The translations under genes and the position numbers were made by a program. The notes below the pieces were generated by a model. The model was not told where the DNA came from. It was given only the letters and a program-made list of their open reading frames with translations, and ran no database searches. From NCBI RefSeq assembly GCF_009914755.1, contig NC_060936.1: 64,000 nt of DNA; one strand, written 5' to 3'. The first letter of the stretch is position 1, and each line of letters starts with the position of its first letter. The stretch comes from the human T2T-CHM13v2.0 reference genome, Homo sapiens. This document shows positions 1 to 13,125 of this stretch, one piece after another.

Positions 1-2394
1 AAGATGGGTATGACTATCCCCTCATCTATTTTGTGCATTGAGTACAGATCCATACTTTTATTATGACAGCCTGAAATTATGTAAGCCAGGGAACAAAACC
101 TCTCTAAAATGCGGGGGAAATATAGGTGGGAAATAGAGTTGAATGAAGGTTGGAATTTAAGCATAAGAGACAGACCGGGAAGAAAATGGTCCTAAAAGTA
201 ATATTACAAAAATGGTATTTCTTCATATAATGTGGTTTTTCTAATCACTGAGGGAGCAAAAAAATTAAAATACGAGTTTATGAAACGTAATGAAAACACA
301 ACAAATCTCAACACCATGATTGCCAATGACCTGAAGATCAAGAGCATTTTGTTGTCAGATCATTTAGGCTGTGGTTTTCCCAAAGACTACTCTCTAGAAC
401 TAGTGTCATACTTGGGTAATAGCACTTTGAAGACTCTGTAGTTAGTGTCTTAATAGATAAAAATTAGTTGTCAGACACATCTCCAGGTCATTTAATCTCT
501 TTCATTTTATCCCTCTAAAATATTTCTGCTAAAGCACCCAAATAACACAACTAATCTTTAATAATCCACTTAGTATTTCCACAAAAGATTTGCATGTTTC
601 ACTGATATTTTGGTAGCTGCTTCTTGAGTTTATGAAGGATCAAACACATCAAGAAATTTACTATAATTTTATTTTGCATCAATTTTCTAAAATATTACCA
701 ATGGTTTATTAGCCACTAAAATATCAGAATTAACCTATTACTTAGCAATATAATTTTCTTAATTCTTAGTCACACTTCACCCTAATGCAGATCTCTCAAA
801 AATCTAGTTTAATTCAATATGAAGGATAAAGAAAATCAGATCCAATGCACAAGTAATAAATATGTGGCTCTTGCCATGTTAATAAAATGCAAAATAAGAA
901 AAACATCAAGAAAATGAATTACTAGTTTTGTTTTTATAAAACTTAAGCTTCCAGAGGACAAGAATGTTGTCTAACGTATGTCCAAGGTTGTGTACTGTTG
1001 GCACTTGGATATTAAAATTCAATATTTACAAGTGAAACATAATTTACTGAGCCATTCCAATGCACAAGCAAATGGGATGTATTGAATATCTTGGGATTGC
1101 TGAAATGCACTTTGATTTTATGCAACATCTTGTTAACTTTATCTGTTTTTCATAGCTCTTTTCCATTAGAGGGAGGGCAAGGGGAAAATTGGATCAAGGT
1201 CTTGCTTTTTAATACTAGGCATCAACACTATGAAAAAAAATCAAAGACACATTAATAAACTAAATATTACCTCCCACCGCTCTCTGGCTACCAGGCACAC
1301 ACAGTTCTTTCCACGGGACTCCTAAGAGGGCTTTCAATAAAGTAAAACTGTGATTTTGACATTTTTCTTGCTCGCTGCCAGGAAATTCTAAATTGAGTCC
1401 CAGTTGTTTTTCAGATTAATCCATTGGAGAAAAGAGAATCTGAACACAGTATTTTACAACTTTTTGAAAATGCATTTAGGCTAAATTTAGGTCTGGGTAT
1501 ATGTATATATCGCTAATTATAAAATGGTCCTCTTACATCAAGCACACCTTAGGAACATGGCTGTTAAAAAAGATGAGGTAAGGCATTTCTAACATGTAAG
1601 AGCAAATTTTCTGTGAATAGTAGGAACCAAATGTTTATTAAAATATTTTTAAGACATGCTATATTTTAAAAACTGGCCTGCTTTTAAGAATTGAACTATT
1701 TTCTCTCTTAAAATCATAAAAATAAAGAAAAATATCTACTGATAGCTTCGCTATTTGTGTTACATCTAGGAAGAAAATAGTACTTTTTATGAAACCTTAC
1801 TCAATGAGACTTATGCTTTGAGTTCTTCACTCATATGTCAAACAGGTAAATGCACAAGGTGCATTTCAAAATCAAAAGATGCTAGTGATTTCCATATTTG
1901 CTTTCTGATCTTTTCTAACACACTCTAGGAATGGCTCCCCAGGAAGGGCACCTCGAAGCCTTCACCGGCGAAGAATACAGTGGGCTCGGTCCCTAGATAT
2001 GCGCTGCATGGAGCACATGACACCTGGGCAATTCCTATTGATAGAAATGGAAAGGAATTGCACTTCTAGCCTTTTTAAGAGCTCATTTGGTGCTTCACAT
2101 GAGACTTTATTAAAAATAGCACAGCTTTCAAAAACCTTTTAAGGCACTGGATGCTTTTTTAAAAATCTAGTAAATATGGATGGCTGATTAAAGAATGTAT
2201 TTTATATACTGTATGGTAATGTTCCTTTTTTCTGTTCATTTTCCATCTTTCTTTTCATTTGCCTTTACTGAGTCTTCAAGTAACAAATGGATGTTTTAAG
2301 AGGACCTACCACTCTCCGTAGCACAAATTCCTTCGTACTAGTGGGAACTCCATCCTATCCTTTGCCTTACTCCAACCACGAGACATTGCAGTTT

Positions 2395-2570
2395 ACATTT
2401 AATGAGCACTTAGCACAGACAAAATCAAATCGATTTTTCCAGACAACTTTTAAGGTAGATATTATTCCCAGTTTGCAGAGTAGAAACTGAGGCTCGGAAA
2501 AGATTAGTAATTTGTTCAATATCACATATCTAGCTGGTGACACAGCCAATGCAATTTGAAAACAGGTCTT
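2395..2570 (-). mobile_element. MIR SINE
   Basis: Reverse-complement MIR core: 'ttattcccagtttgcagagtagaaactgaggctcggaaaagattagtaatttgttcaatatcacatatctagctggtgacacagcc'. Confidence 0.8.
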
Positions 2571-2973
2571 TTGGTAGCGATGGTTATTGTGGTGGTGATG
2601 ATAATAATGTTAGGTATCTTGCAAAGTCATTTTCATATATTTTGTTTAGTCTTTACTTGATTGTATGAGTTTTATACTCTCACTTCAAAGTTGGTGATTT
2701 TCCCCCTACGTGTAAGCAAAGTCTACCAATTAAGGGTTTTATTGAGAAACACTGGTAGTACCTAATAATGGGAGTAAATAATAATAACCCTTACTATAGA
2801 CTTACTCTTTTATGTAAGGCTCTGAAAACAAAATTTTTTCTCCCTAAATGCTATTTTCTGAAGAGTCCATATTATTACCTGCTTCCCCTGTCATTTCCAA
2901 GTTTAAACATTTGTAAAAAGAAACTTCCTTAGAAAACTGTCAGCTTCAGAAAACTGTTTTATTTTTCTTTTAC

Positions 2974-2994
2974 TTTTTTTTTTTTTTTTTTTTT
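2974..2994. repeat. poly-T tract (~21 nt)
   Basis: Direct read of the sequence. Confidence 0.9.
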
Positions 2995-5145
2995 GGTGTT
3001 CAAGTCAGGAAACTTGGGCAGAAAATAGAAGAGTCAGTAAAGTGATAAGTAGAATGACTTGGATAAAGTGGCATTGGATCATTGAAAATCCACGTCTACC
3101 AGGAAGTCTAAGGAGGGAGACCAGGCAGGCCTCTCGGGCAGAGCTGAGGTCCAGGTTTCCAGAAGTGCTGCTTGTGCAGAGGGGTGATCAGAGCACAGAA
3201 AAACCTGTTTCCCACTTTTACAGTCTATAACATGGGGGTAGGAAGTGTTTGATTAAAATCTTAGAATATCTAGGTAGGTGATAAAGTCTCTTTTAAAAAG
3301 CATTGAAATATATAACTTTGGTGAAATCCTTGTGGTAGAGGTGAAGTGACTATTTCCTTCTTAACTGAAGATGATCAAGGATGATTCCCAACTTCCCTTC
3401 TGCCATGGCTTTTTCATCTGTCTCCTCTCTTGTTCTGCCAATGGTGAAGGAGAGCCTCCATCATTCTCATAACTGTGTTATATGCAAATAGCAAATTATT
3501 GTTCCAGGTCTAAATCATTTTTTCAGACTTTCTTAGCAAATGTAATCTTCTTATCTTTTATTTTCATTTCATTCAATTCTCCTAAATACTCTCTAATTTT
3601 AAATGCTGTATACACATAAAATCCCAAATCATAAAAATTGTTTTACCTAAAGTCCACAGAAAAGTGATTATGTTTTAAAAAACATTTTATATAGTTCACC
3701 ATTTTGTAACCTATTAAATGTAATTTGATTTAAAAGTTTATAGATTCATGTTAAGAAAGGAAGGAAACAACAATGTGAAGGAAAGTTTCTTAAAAAGAAT
3801 GTTCCTAAAATTTTAGAGGTGCTAGAATAAAAACAATTTACATAGGAAGAATTCAAATGACATTATAAATTACGATGTATACTCAAACATTTTTATGCAT
3901 GGAAAACAATGGTTTTATTTTAAATTGATAGAAATTAGTCATGACTACATGTTTGTAATTTGTCAAGTGATTCTTTACAGTTCAACAGAAAGCAGTTTAA
4001 AGGACTATTTGAAGAAAGTTTTTTTTTTTTTTTTGGATAGAATTTTTATTCTGTGATGACCTGGTCTCATGTGGTTCCAGAATTCATAGTTCTCATGTCT
4101 TTGGCTATGTATCCATGGGATAAAAGGATGACTTCTACATCTTACAATGTATACCTCATTAAATGCTTACAGTCTCACACAGGGACCAATTGTTTAAGGC
4201 AGCAGGGCAATATAACCTTTGGAAGATTGGGTCTTGTTACCTGTTTTATAAAGGGCTTTTGAAAATTATTTTGGCCAATTGTTCATCCTTATTAGGCCAC
4301 TGACTAAAGGATAAGATCTTCCTGCTCTATAAATGTATCTTCACCAATGAAGGACTTATATATATCACTAATTGTTTCATTATAAGAATATAGTACAACA
4401 CATTATGAAAACAGTTTAATAAATTATTTTTTTGCTTGGTAAAATTTAATTGAGCTAATTATTTTTATTTCTTGTTTTACTATTTCAATATCACCTTCTT
4501 AAAAGAGGAATCGCTAAGGTAAAAAAACCACACACATTAAAAAAAATGTCACCTAACTCTTGTCAGAAACCTTGTTAATATGTACCAATTGGACAGACCC
4601 AATTGGAGAGATATTTTTGAGTTTGTGAAAAATCTAAATCATGAAATATTTTCAAAGATAATCAAAGTGTCAAAAAGCCATGGTGCTCTCTAGGGAGGAC
4701 AATGAATAGATACCTTTATATAATTTTATCAGGTACCTTAGGAATGATGTAAATAGAAGTAAATAATATATTTATATACATTTCTGCATTGAAAAACTAA
4801 TAAAAATACTTTAAAAACATGCCATTTCTCAGTTTTTCTCTCTCTATTAATTCTCTAGTTGTTTCTTTATTATATTATGCACTTACGCCTCTGGCCAACA
4901 TTACCAGCATCAAATTTACAGGAAAAAAAAAATAAAAGAAAAATATAAAATTTAGGAAAAAAGTTTTACATTTTCTTAGGAATTAGAAAAATAAGAAAAG
5001 AGGATTTAATTTTATTTTAGACTATCTCACCTTAGTTTACTCCCTAAAAAATTAGCATTTCATGCCAGCATAGATTTAAAACAATGAGCCAAAAGTCACT
5101 TATAAATAAGCAGTGAAGAAGAAGCTCCTTTAAGAATGTGACTTA

Positions 5146-5434
5146 GGCCAGGCACGGTGGCTCACACCTGTAATCCCAGCACTCTGGGAGGCCGAGGTGG
5201 GCAGATCACAGGGTCAGGAGATCGAGACTATCCTGGCTAACACGGTGAAACCCCATCTCTACTGAAAATACAAAAAATAAGCTGGGCGTGGTGGCAGGTG
5301 CCTGTAGTCCCAGCTGCTGGGGAGGCTGAGGCAGGAGAATGGCGTCAACTCGGGAGGCAGAGCTTGCACTGAGCCGAGATCATGCCACTGCACTCTAGCC
5401 TGGACGACAGAGTAAGACTCCGTCTCAAAAAAAA
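5146..5434 (+). mobile_element. AluY, full length
   Basis: Dimeric Alu with AluY diagnostics (gagatcgagac..atcctggctaacacgg, gaatggcgt, gagcttgca). Perfect 14-bp TSD aagaatgtgactta at 5132-5145 and 5435-5448. Confidence 0.95.
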
Positions 5435-5509
5435 AAGAATGTGACTTAAAGTACGATAAAGAGAGCTGAGAAATGTCATAAGAACAGTCACTACTTTTAC
5501 CTGAATGCC

Positions 5510-5675
5510 CATACTTTACTTACATCACCTCATTACATGCATTCAATTATCCAGAAAGATAGGCATCCGGATTCTCATTTTACAGTTAGGTAAACTGAGG
5601 CTTAGATAAATTAAAATGTTTACAGAAGATCACTCAAACATTAAGTGGCAGAAAGAGAATTTGAACAGATTTCAG
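5510..5675 (-). mobile_element. MIR SINE
   Basis: 'ctcattttacagttaggtaaactgaggcttagataaattaaaatg...taagtggcagaaagagaatttgaac'. Confidence 0.8.
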
Positions 5676-6759
5676 GCAGGAAAAATGTGAAATTAGAATA
5701 TAATTTGTAGGCCAAATAAAACTGGTGTTTCAAATAGGTAGAACTAAAAAATTATTTACAGGCGGTATAAATGAGAATTCCTATGAATTTCCAAAATGTC
5801 CATTTACAACTTTTCATTTGAAAAACTTTCTAACTATAACCGACTTAGAGATCCTTAGAGGCCCAATGACACTATTAATGAAATGTTAACTGCTAGTCCT
5901 CTAGTTCTAGCAGGCCAATTAGTTTCTGATCTATAACAATACTTCACCATTGAATCTGGGATCAAAATGTCAGATTCTGGCTATCTTCTGAGTGAAATCC
6001 TGGTAATGGCAATACTGTAAATTGTAACCACCACTTTGATTTGTACATCTCTTTAAAAATAATAATTTTAAAAACAGGCTATAAGAGAAATGCTACATTT
6101 TGAATATAGAGAAAAAAGAATTTGGCTCTTAATTCCTTGGGATTCATTTTCGTGGTCAAAGGGTTGAAAGCTTCATTTTAAACCATATACTCATTAAGAG
6201 CCTATTGTTTGACAAAGACCCAACTTAGCAAGTATGGTTGCTTGAAGTTAAAAGTGTTTTATGTTTATATTAAAATATTTGATGAGATAAAATAATACTT
6301 TGGTAAAGTTATATAATGTTTTGATGTACAGATATATTTCTTTATTACATTTCTGAGTATTAAAAAAACTTCCTGTGTTTCTTGGGATTTGACTTTAAAT
6401 ATACAAATGGGAAATTAAGGCAGTGAAAAAAGTTGTAGTAATTACTTTTATAGGAGGATATCTGATGAAAAAAAAAGGAATTCTCAAAATAATCAACAGT
6501 TCTCACAGTGGCTTGGTTCCCAGACAATGTGATCTCATTTGTAGAGATGAAGTTATCAAAATTTACATTCAGAATTCTATTTCTATGTACACACAACACT
6601 ATAGTTAACATGAAGTTACAAGGTGAAATATTCCATCTCAACTGATAAGTATTTTCCTATACAGATGTCTATGAGTGTCTCTATTTCCACTGCTGGTTTT
6701 AGTTTTTATTAACCCTTTCACCATCTGTGATGGTAGCATACTAGCGTCATTGTGCTTCT

Positions 6760-8280
6760 CCTCTACACAACTCCTAGAGAGGTTTTCTTAAAAGAGTCAG
6801 GAACTTCCTAGCTCAACAAATTTAATGGGAAGACATGCAAATGAAAACCAAGCATATGAAAGGGTACTCAGCATCACTGATCATGAGAGAAATGCTAATC
6901 CAAACTACCAGGAGATATCATCTCACTCCAGTTACAACGGCTTATATCAGAAAAACAGGAAATAGCAAACGCTGGTGAGGATGAGGAAAAAAGGGAATCC
7001 TGGTACACTGTTGGTGGGAATGTAAGTTAGTACAACTACTATGGAGAACAGTTTGGAGGCTCTTCAAAAACTAAAAATTGAGCTACCATATGAGCCAGCA
7101 ATCACATTGGTGGGTGTATAGCCAAAAGAAAGGAAATCAGTATATTGAAGAGATAACCTGCACTGTCATGTTTATTGCGGCACTGTTTATAATAGCTAAG
7201 ATTTGGAAGCAACCGAAGTGTCCATTAATAGATGACTGGATAAAGAAAATGTGGTACATATACACAATGGAATACTATTCAGCCATAAAAAATAATGAGA
7301 TCCAGTCATTTGCAACAACATGAATGGAACTGAAGATTATTATGTTAAGTGAAATAAGCCAGGCATGGAAAAACAAACATCACATATTCTTACTTATTTG
7401 CGGATCTAAAAACTCAAATCAATTGAACTTACGGACATAGAGAGTAGAAGGATGGTTACCAGAGGCTGGAAAGGGTAGTTGGGGGTTGGGGAGGAGGTAG
7501 GGATGGTTAATGAGTACTAAAAAAATAGAAACAATTAATAAGACCCACTATTTGATAGCACAATAAGGTGACTATAGTCAGTGATAACTTAATTAAATAT
7601 TTTAAAATAACTTAAAGAATGTAATCGGATTATTTGTAACTCAAAGGATCAATGCTTGAGGGGATGGATACCCCATTGTCTATGGTGCACTAATTTCACA
7701 TTGCATGCCTGTATCAAAACATCTCATGTACTGGGTAAATATATACACCTACTGTGTACCTACAATTTTTTTAAATTAAAACATTAAAAAAAAACTTTAA
7801 TGGATTACTGATAATAAAAGGAAAAAAAATTACTCCTCCTTGGCATGACATTCATGTTTCTCTGTAATCTTATCTCAGCCTATATTTCTCTCCACACCAC
7901 CTATGAGAAGAGTTCACCATTTCCCAAACTTGCCCTTTACTCTCCTATCTCAAAGTTGTCTTTACACATTTTCCTCTCTTATAATAACACCCCACTGTTA
8001 TCACACTAATCTATAAAATCATTATTTACTGGATTACTTCAAAGTTTACTTTGGCAATGAAGCCTTCTCTAACCTTTTTGGTCTTCATACTAAGAATGTA
8101 TCTATCTGCTCCTGTGTTCACAACATGTTATTTCTTCTCGACCCAACGATTTAGCTCTTTCTTTCTAAATTATATTTATTTATGTACCTCCTAATTCATC
8201 TACTAAATTTTAAGTTTCTTGAAGTTAAAAAAAAGTCTTATCAATCTTTATATCCTCTGAAAAATCTAGCAAATATGTTA
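6760..8280 (+). mobile_element. L2 3' region, split by the L1MA insertion
   Basis: L2-like sequence on both sides of the L1 (6760-6828 and 7804-8280) that reads continuously across the TSD. Confidence 0.6.
6829..7792 (+). mobile_element. L1MA1/L1MA2 3' fragment (ORF2 end plus 3' UTR)
   Basis: ORF 7078-7323 matches the L1 ORF2 C-terminus (MFIAALFIIAKIWKQPKCP..WIKKMWYIYTMEYYSAIK). L1MA1-type 3' UTR and A tail. TSD aaatttaatgg / aactttaatgg at 6818-6828 and 7793-7803. Confidence 0.9.
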
Positions 8281-9787
8281 TATTTATATTTTTGTATGTA
8301 TTTATGTTATATTTTATATTGTATATATAGTGTATATATCCTCTGAAATATCTAGCAAATATGTCATATTTTTGAGAATTATTTTCCATTCTGCATATTA
8401 ATTAAATTAAATTTAAACTTAAGCAGTTAATTTGAATGAGATTTATTAAACCGATTATAATATTCATTGTATGAATATCATATTTTGAGAATATACCAGC
8501 CTATAAGGTATTAACATTTTTCCCAAGTATTGAATTTTTCTCAAATAAAACATCGTGACTTTTCCCATTGCACATTGTTGAACATAATTGCAGACAATGG
8601 CTGCTGATTGGTGGTGCAACATTCTATAGAAAGAGCTGTTTCTCACTACAATATTCACTTATACAATAATCAGTGCAGAATTTTGAGTTACATGAGAAAA
8701 TAAATGCGATAATCAGAAACACTGTTTTAGAGTCTTTTTTCTCAAATAACTTCTGTATGAACTCACATGCCTCAAAATATTTAACAGAACCCCTACCACC
8801 TCCATCAAAAAGCATTATATAAAAATGAATTACAATAGAACTGAGTTCATGAGTTGTTTCCTTTTCCCCTTGTACACCTTCAGTCCTGTGGGGAGTGTTG
8901 TACTGTGAGAGGCTAAGAGTATTAAATATGAGAGACATTTGTATATCTTATAGCTGGACTACTACAAAAAGGTGAATAGCCAAGGCAAAAGAATTTCTAG
9001 CAGAGAAAAGGTGTAGCAACAAAATGAATCCTGTATGGGGAAGGGAAAGGGCAAGGAAGGGAAAGCAGACAAAGAAAGTAGGTATGAATTAAAAGGAGAA
9101 TTCTCAGTGCCTATACAAAGTGGACTTGAAATTGACTCAAAGTGATCCAATATTAAATGACACTTATAACATCTTCTAGATTCTAAGTGGCTTGGAATAG
9201 GACTGCATTCTTTGTGGCCATACTTATAATTTATACTTAAAAATTCAGACTTAGTTACTGCTCCTGTGTTCCCAACGCATTATTTCTTCTTAACCTAATG
9301 ATTTAGCTTTTTCTTCCTTAAATTATATTTATCTCCTATTTCATCTACTAGATTTTAAATTTCCCGAAGTTGTTATTAAATAACTTATTAAAGACATCTA
9401 CCAAGCTCAAATGTCTTTCCAGTCCCTGTGGTCATTATGGAAGGTTTGTTGAAGAAACAAATTAAACTAAAGTTGAATGAATAAATTTCAGGTCTGACGC
9501 ACACAGTCTAGGAAAACAATCAAATGTATCCCGTTTTTACAGAGGGTGAATTTAACAAGCTTTACACCAGTGCGTTTTACATTGATTTTGAAAAAATTTT
9601 AGAATTAACTTTGCAAAAATTATTAAAAGGGCATTAGAACAAGAAAGTGAGAATTACAAGGAAGCATAACATATTCAATAAGAGTAAGTCATGTTAGACT
9701 AACTTACCATTTTATGATGGTATTACTAGCCGGAGAGATAAGGGCAAAGCTTCAAACAGAGTAGTTTCCTTGGTTTAAAGATACCTT

Positions 9788-10060
9788 CAAGGACCCAGGC
9801 CACTTTGAACCTTTTATTCTGCCATTTTACAGCCTTTCTCTTTGGATTTTCCCTCATGGGAAGTAAGATCGTTGTTGCAGCAACAGGGAATTCCACACAA
9901 AAAGCCCTGGAGCCTCTTTAAGGAGCATTTCCTTTTTATCAGAAGTTTGTCTCCCAGAAACTATACAAGCAAACTCTGTTTTAGGTCCAGTAGAAATGGG
10001 TCGTATCCTCATGCTCTCTTCCCTCCAAAGTAGTACTGGGACTATAAGGATCTAGAATTT
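9788..10060 (-). mobile_element. MLT1 (old MaLR LTR) fragment
   Basis: 'aaggacccaggccactttgaaccttttattctgccatt...ctcatgggaagtaagat...cctttttatcagaag..tctcccagaa' resembles antisense MLT1K/L. Confidence 0.55.
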
Positions 10061-10134
10061 TTATCCTCTATAGAGGAAGATGGGTTCTGACAGCAAGGAG
10101 GAAGTATAAGGAAAAGCAATTACATGGACAGCCA

Positions 10135-10540
10135 TATTAGCAGAATAATGCTAATTGCTGTAACAAACAAAAATGACATACACTGGTTCAAACATGATAG
10201 ACATTTGTTTCTTGATTCAAAAGAGTTAGTGTTTATGAGTGCTCAGCTCTCTTAAGTAATTGTTTAGAAAGCCAGATTTCTTCCATCTTATGGCTCGTCT
10301 ATCGTCAACAAACGACTTTTAAGTTCACTGTGTTGGCTTGCATCAAGCCAGCTGAAGGGAAAAGTGTCGGGGGAAAAGACACTTGCTTTTAAGGCCCATT
10401 GCCTGGAAGTCACACACACCACATCCAAACTCATTTCATGGGTGAGAGCTAGTCAATTGGCCTCTCAGCTCCCTACCAAAATGGGAAACGGTTGCCCCAG
10501 CTAAAGTGAACTTCTCAGCAGCAACCAAATTGTGAATGAG
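10135..10540 (-). mobile_element. MLT1J/K-type MaLR LTR
   Basis: Antisense LTR end 'ataatgctaattgctgtaacaaacaa'; also 'ttcttccatcttatggctc', 'cctggaagtcacacacacc' and 'gagagctagtca'. Confidence 0.7.
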
Positions 10541-11289
10541 AACTGAATATATGAGTAAGTTAATCAAATAGTTTGATGGTGGACTGATTGTATTTCAAGA
10601 TTTTTGGTTATGAATACATTATCACTCCAGATGGATATCTCTAACAGAATATCTCAGTGTATATCAGCATTTTTTTTAACGAATGACTTGTTTGAGGACA
10701 TAGATGGCATGCTAAATCAAATTTTGAGATATCTTGAAGTTAAGAGGAAAAGCCAACATATCAGCTCAAAGTTCCAGGATCCCAAAAATATTTCAAAAAA
10801 TAAGAATAAAGGTGAAATTGGGGATAAAATTGCTGGAAATAAATACCAACTTCTGTAGTTAGGTCAACACATTCAGCAGCAAGCACTATTTAATTTGGCA
10901 AATATTTATTTAGTTATTATACTCAGGGCATTGTGCCAGGCCAAGTACAGAATATAGAAAATAAGGGTTAAAGCAGAATATATGAAAAAGAAAGGACAGC
11001 CTCAGTTGATTGAAAAACAATATAAATTTTTAATGTAGCATTCCCCCCTTTCTATTTCCCTGTATGAGAACGTACATATGTGTGTACACGTACATGTTTG
11101 TATGTTTATATACACATGTTAGGTTAAATTAGAAGATTTATAACATACAGAACATTCTCCACTCTTTGTTTTTCAGATTTTTGTTTTAGGCTCTTGGTAC
11201 AATAATTTAAAGGGGACAATTAACAAACTTGATTGTTTCTGGGAGAGTATGACCAAGTCGGTAAGTGAATTTGAAATAAATCATATGTA

Positions 11290-11670
11290 TTTGCTCATTT
11301 ATTCACTGATTTATGACTGAGTTTCCATTTATTTCTCTTCAAGGAAGTAGGTTATGCGTATAAATAATCATAGGATAAGGTAGAACATGGAGAAATGCTT
11401 TAAAAAATTAGAATAGTGAGAGAGATTTCTTTTAGCAAAAGAGATAAGGGCTGGGAGCTACCTCCCAGAAAGACAGATAGACCAGGATACAGTCAAGAGG
11501 GAAGAAAAGTGGGGCTGTATTCCAAGAAGGAGGACAAAACTTTAAAACAGAGATATCACTAGAATTGTAAACTGTTTATCTGCAGCTTGAATGGCGTGAA
11601 GGAAATAATAGGGGGAAAGGCCATTAAGTTACTTTGAGATAAAATTGCGAGACCATGGATTCTGCGTTAA
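11290..11670 (-). mobile_element. L2 fragment
   Basis: 'ctcatttattcactgatt' is an antisense L2 tail, followed by purine-rich L2-like body. Confidence 0.5.
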
Positions 11671-12679
11671 AATTCTTGAATTTTGTTTAGGAGTAAAGCA
11701 ACTGCAAATATTTATAAAATTCTTCCTATTCATATAATAGAGGTTATAGAGGTCATAAAGGTTTGGCCTATATTTGTTCATAGGAAGAATGGTAAAATAA
11801 CAGCAATAACACAACAACAGCAAAACAAAACCTGTAGGTGTTTAAACTACAGAAGAGAAAATTTATGGTCTGCAGGATTATCATAGTGAGGGGGAATTAA
11901 CCTTATCCATACTTTCTACTCATCTTTTATCCAAAGCTCCTACACCATCCCACAACCCTTAACTAGGATCAAGAGTTAGAAACTGCAGAAAGGCTTTTTA
12001 GAAGTGGGGTAAGGGTGGAAGTGTTTCATTATCAATAAAAATACCTTCAATATATAATAAATCCAATTTTAAAGGGTTTAAACTTAAGTTCATGACCACT
12101 TGCCAGGGCAAGGTAGAAGGATGAGAATATCTTATGGAAAGTAAGGAATGAGCTTTCTAAGGTCTCTGTTCTGACAGAAGTATTAACACTATGATTTCAT
12201 AAAATATTGTGTTTCCTTGCTTTTTCTCCTTCTTATGAAAATACATATCACCTTCACAAAGTTTTAATTCACTTCAAATTTAGGATCTATTTTATACAAA
12301 ATGATCAACTGAATATTAGGTATTACTAACTGAGAGAAGAGTCTTACATAGTTTATAGAAACAGGAAAGGAAATCTTCATACAGTGCTCCATGTGGTCCC
12401 TTCCCATTATCAGTTTTTAAAAGTCAAAGATTACAAAATATAACAGAAGTATAATATTCAAACCTAAGCTACACAGGACACGTGCAGAGTGGAAAACTAG
12501 CAAACAATCACCTTTTCACAAGTCCTTTTATTGCACAATTATTATTTTAATTTCTGTTAGAGAAAGGGTATCATTCATTGTTGCTCTGAAATTCAATGAG
12601 AGCTTCAAACAACTCCTAGATAGCTATCATAAACTGGGCACTAGTTTATCATACCCAGTCTGAAAGATTCATTGTGTTA

Positions 12680-13125
12680 TTGAAGGATGTCCATAACTGG
12701 CACACACCTTACCTATCAAATGTTATTCCTCCAAACTCCTCAACAGAAATTCTCCTCTCATGTCAAGGCTGCCCACTATTTACACTAATTTCATTGATGC
12801 CTCTCAACATTTTCTTGGAATGTCCTTCCTCTTATTTCCTAACTAAAAGTCAACTCATTCTGTATTTTTTCCTCACATCTTCCCAACTAGTCTAGCCGAT
12901 GCCAGCTTCATCCTTCATTGAACATGACATAGTAATTATTATCTGAACTTCATATCTTGATAATCATATCATATCTAAACTTGTGCTACTCCCTATTTGT
13001 TCCATATTGGTTTTATTTTTCCTTTTCAGTCAGAATATATGCTCTATAAGGGCAGATGACACATTACACATTAATTTTGCATTTCCTGGAATATGTAGAT
13101 TGGTACTAGGAGTCAAGCGAATGTC
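12680..13125 (+). mobile_element. L2 3' fragment
   Basis: 'cttggaatgtccttcctc...agaatatatgctctataagggcagatgac...ttttgcatttcctgg' follows the L2 3' end pattern. Confidence 0.6.

Larger units (their letters stand above)
9560..11290 (+). mobile_element. L3/CR1 LINE reverse-transcriptase remnants, interrupted by MaLR and L2 pieces
   Basis: 9590-9790 resembles the CR1 'ILE..HLE..SQHGF.K.KSC.TNL..FYD' coding region. ORF 10604-10858 contains 'TNDLFEDIDGML', similar to CR1 'INDLDE.IEGML'. 11190-11290 resembles the later CR1 ORF2. Confidence 0.7.

Noticed and set aside
4584-4606. Paired CCAATTGG palindromes as an NF-Y promoter
   Set aside because: No CpG island or other promoter context; short AT-rich palindromes are common
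8464-8658. Minus-strand coding exon after acceptor 'ctctttctatag'
   Set aside because: Weak donor and no recognisable peptide in the open frame
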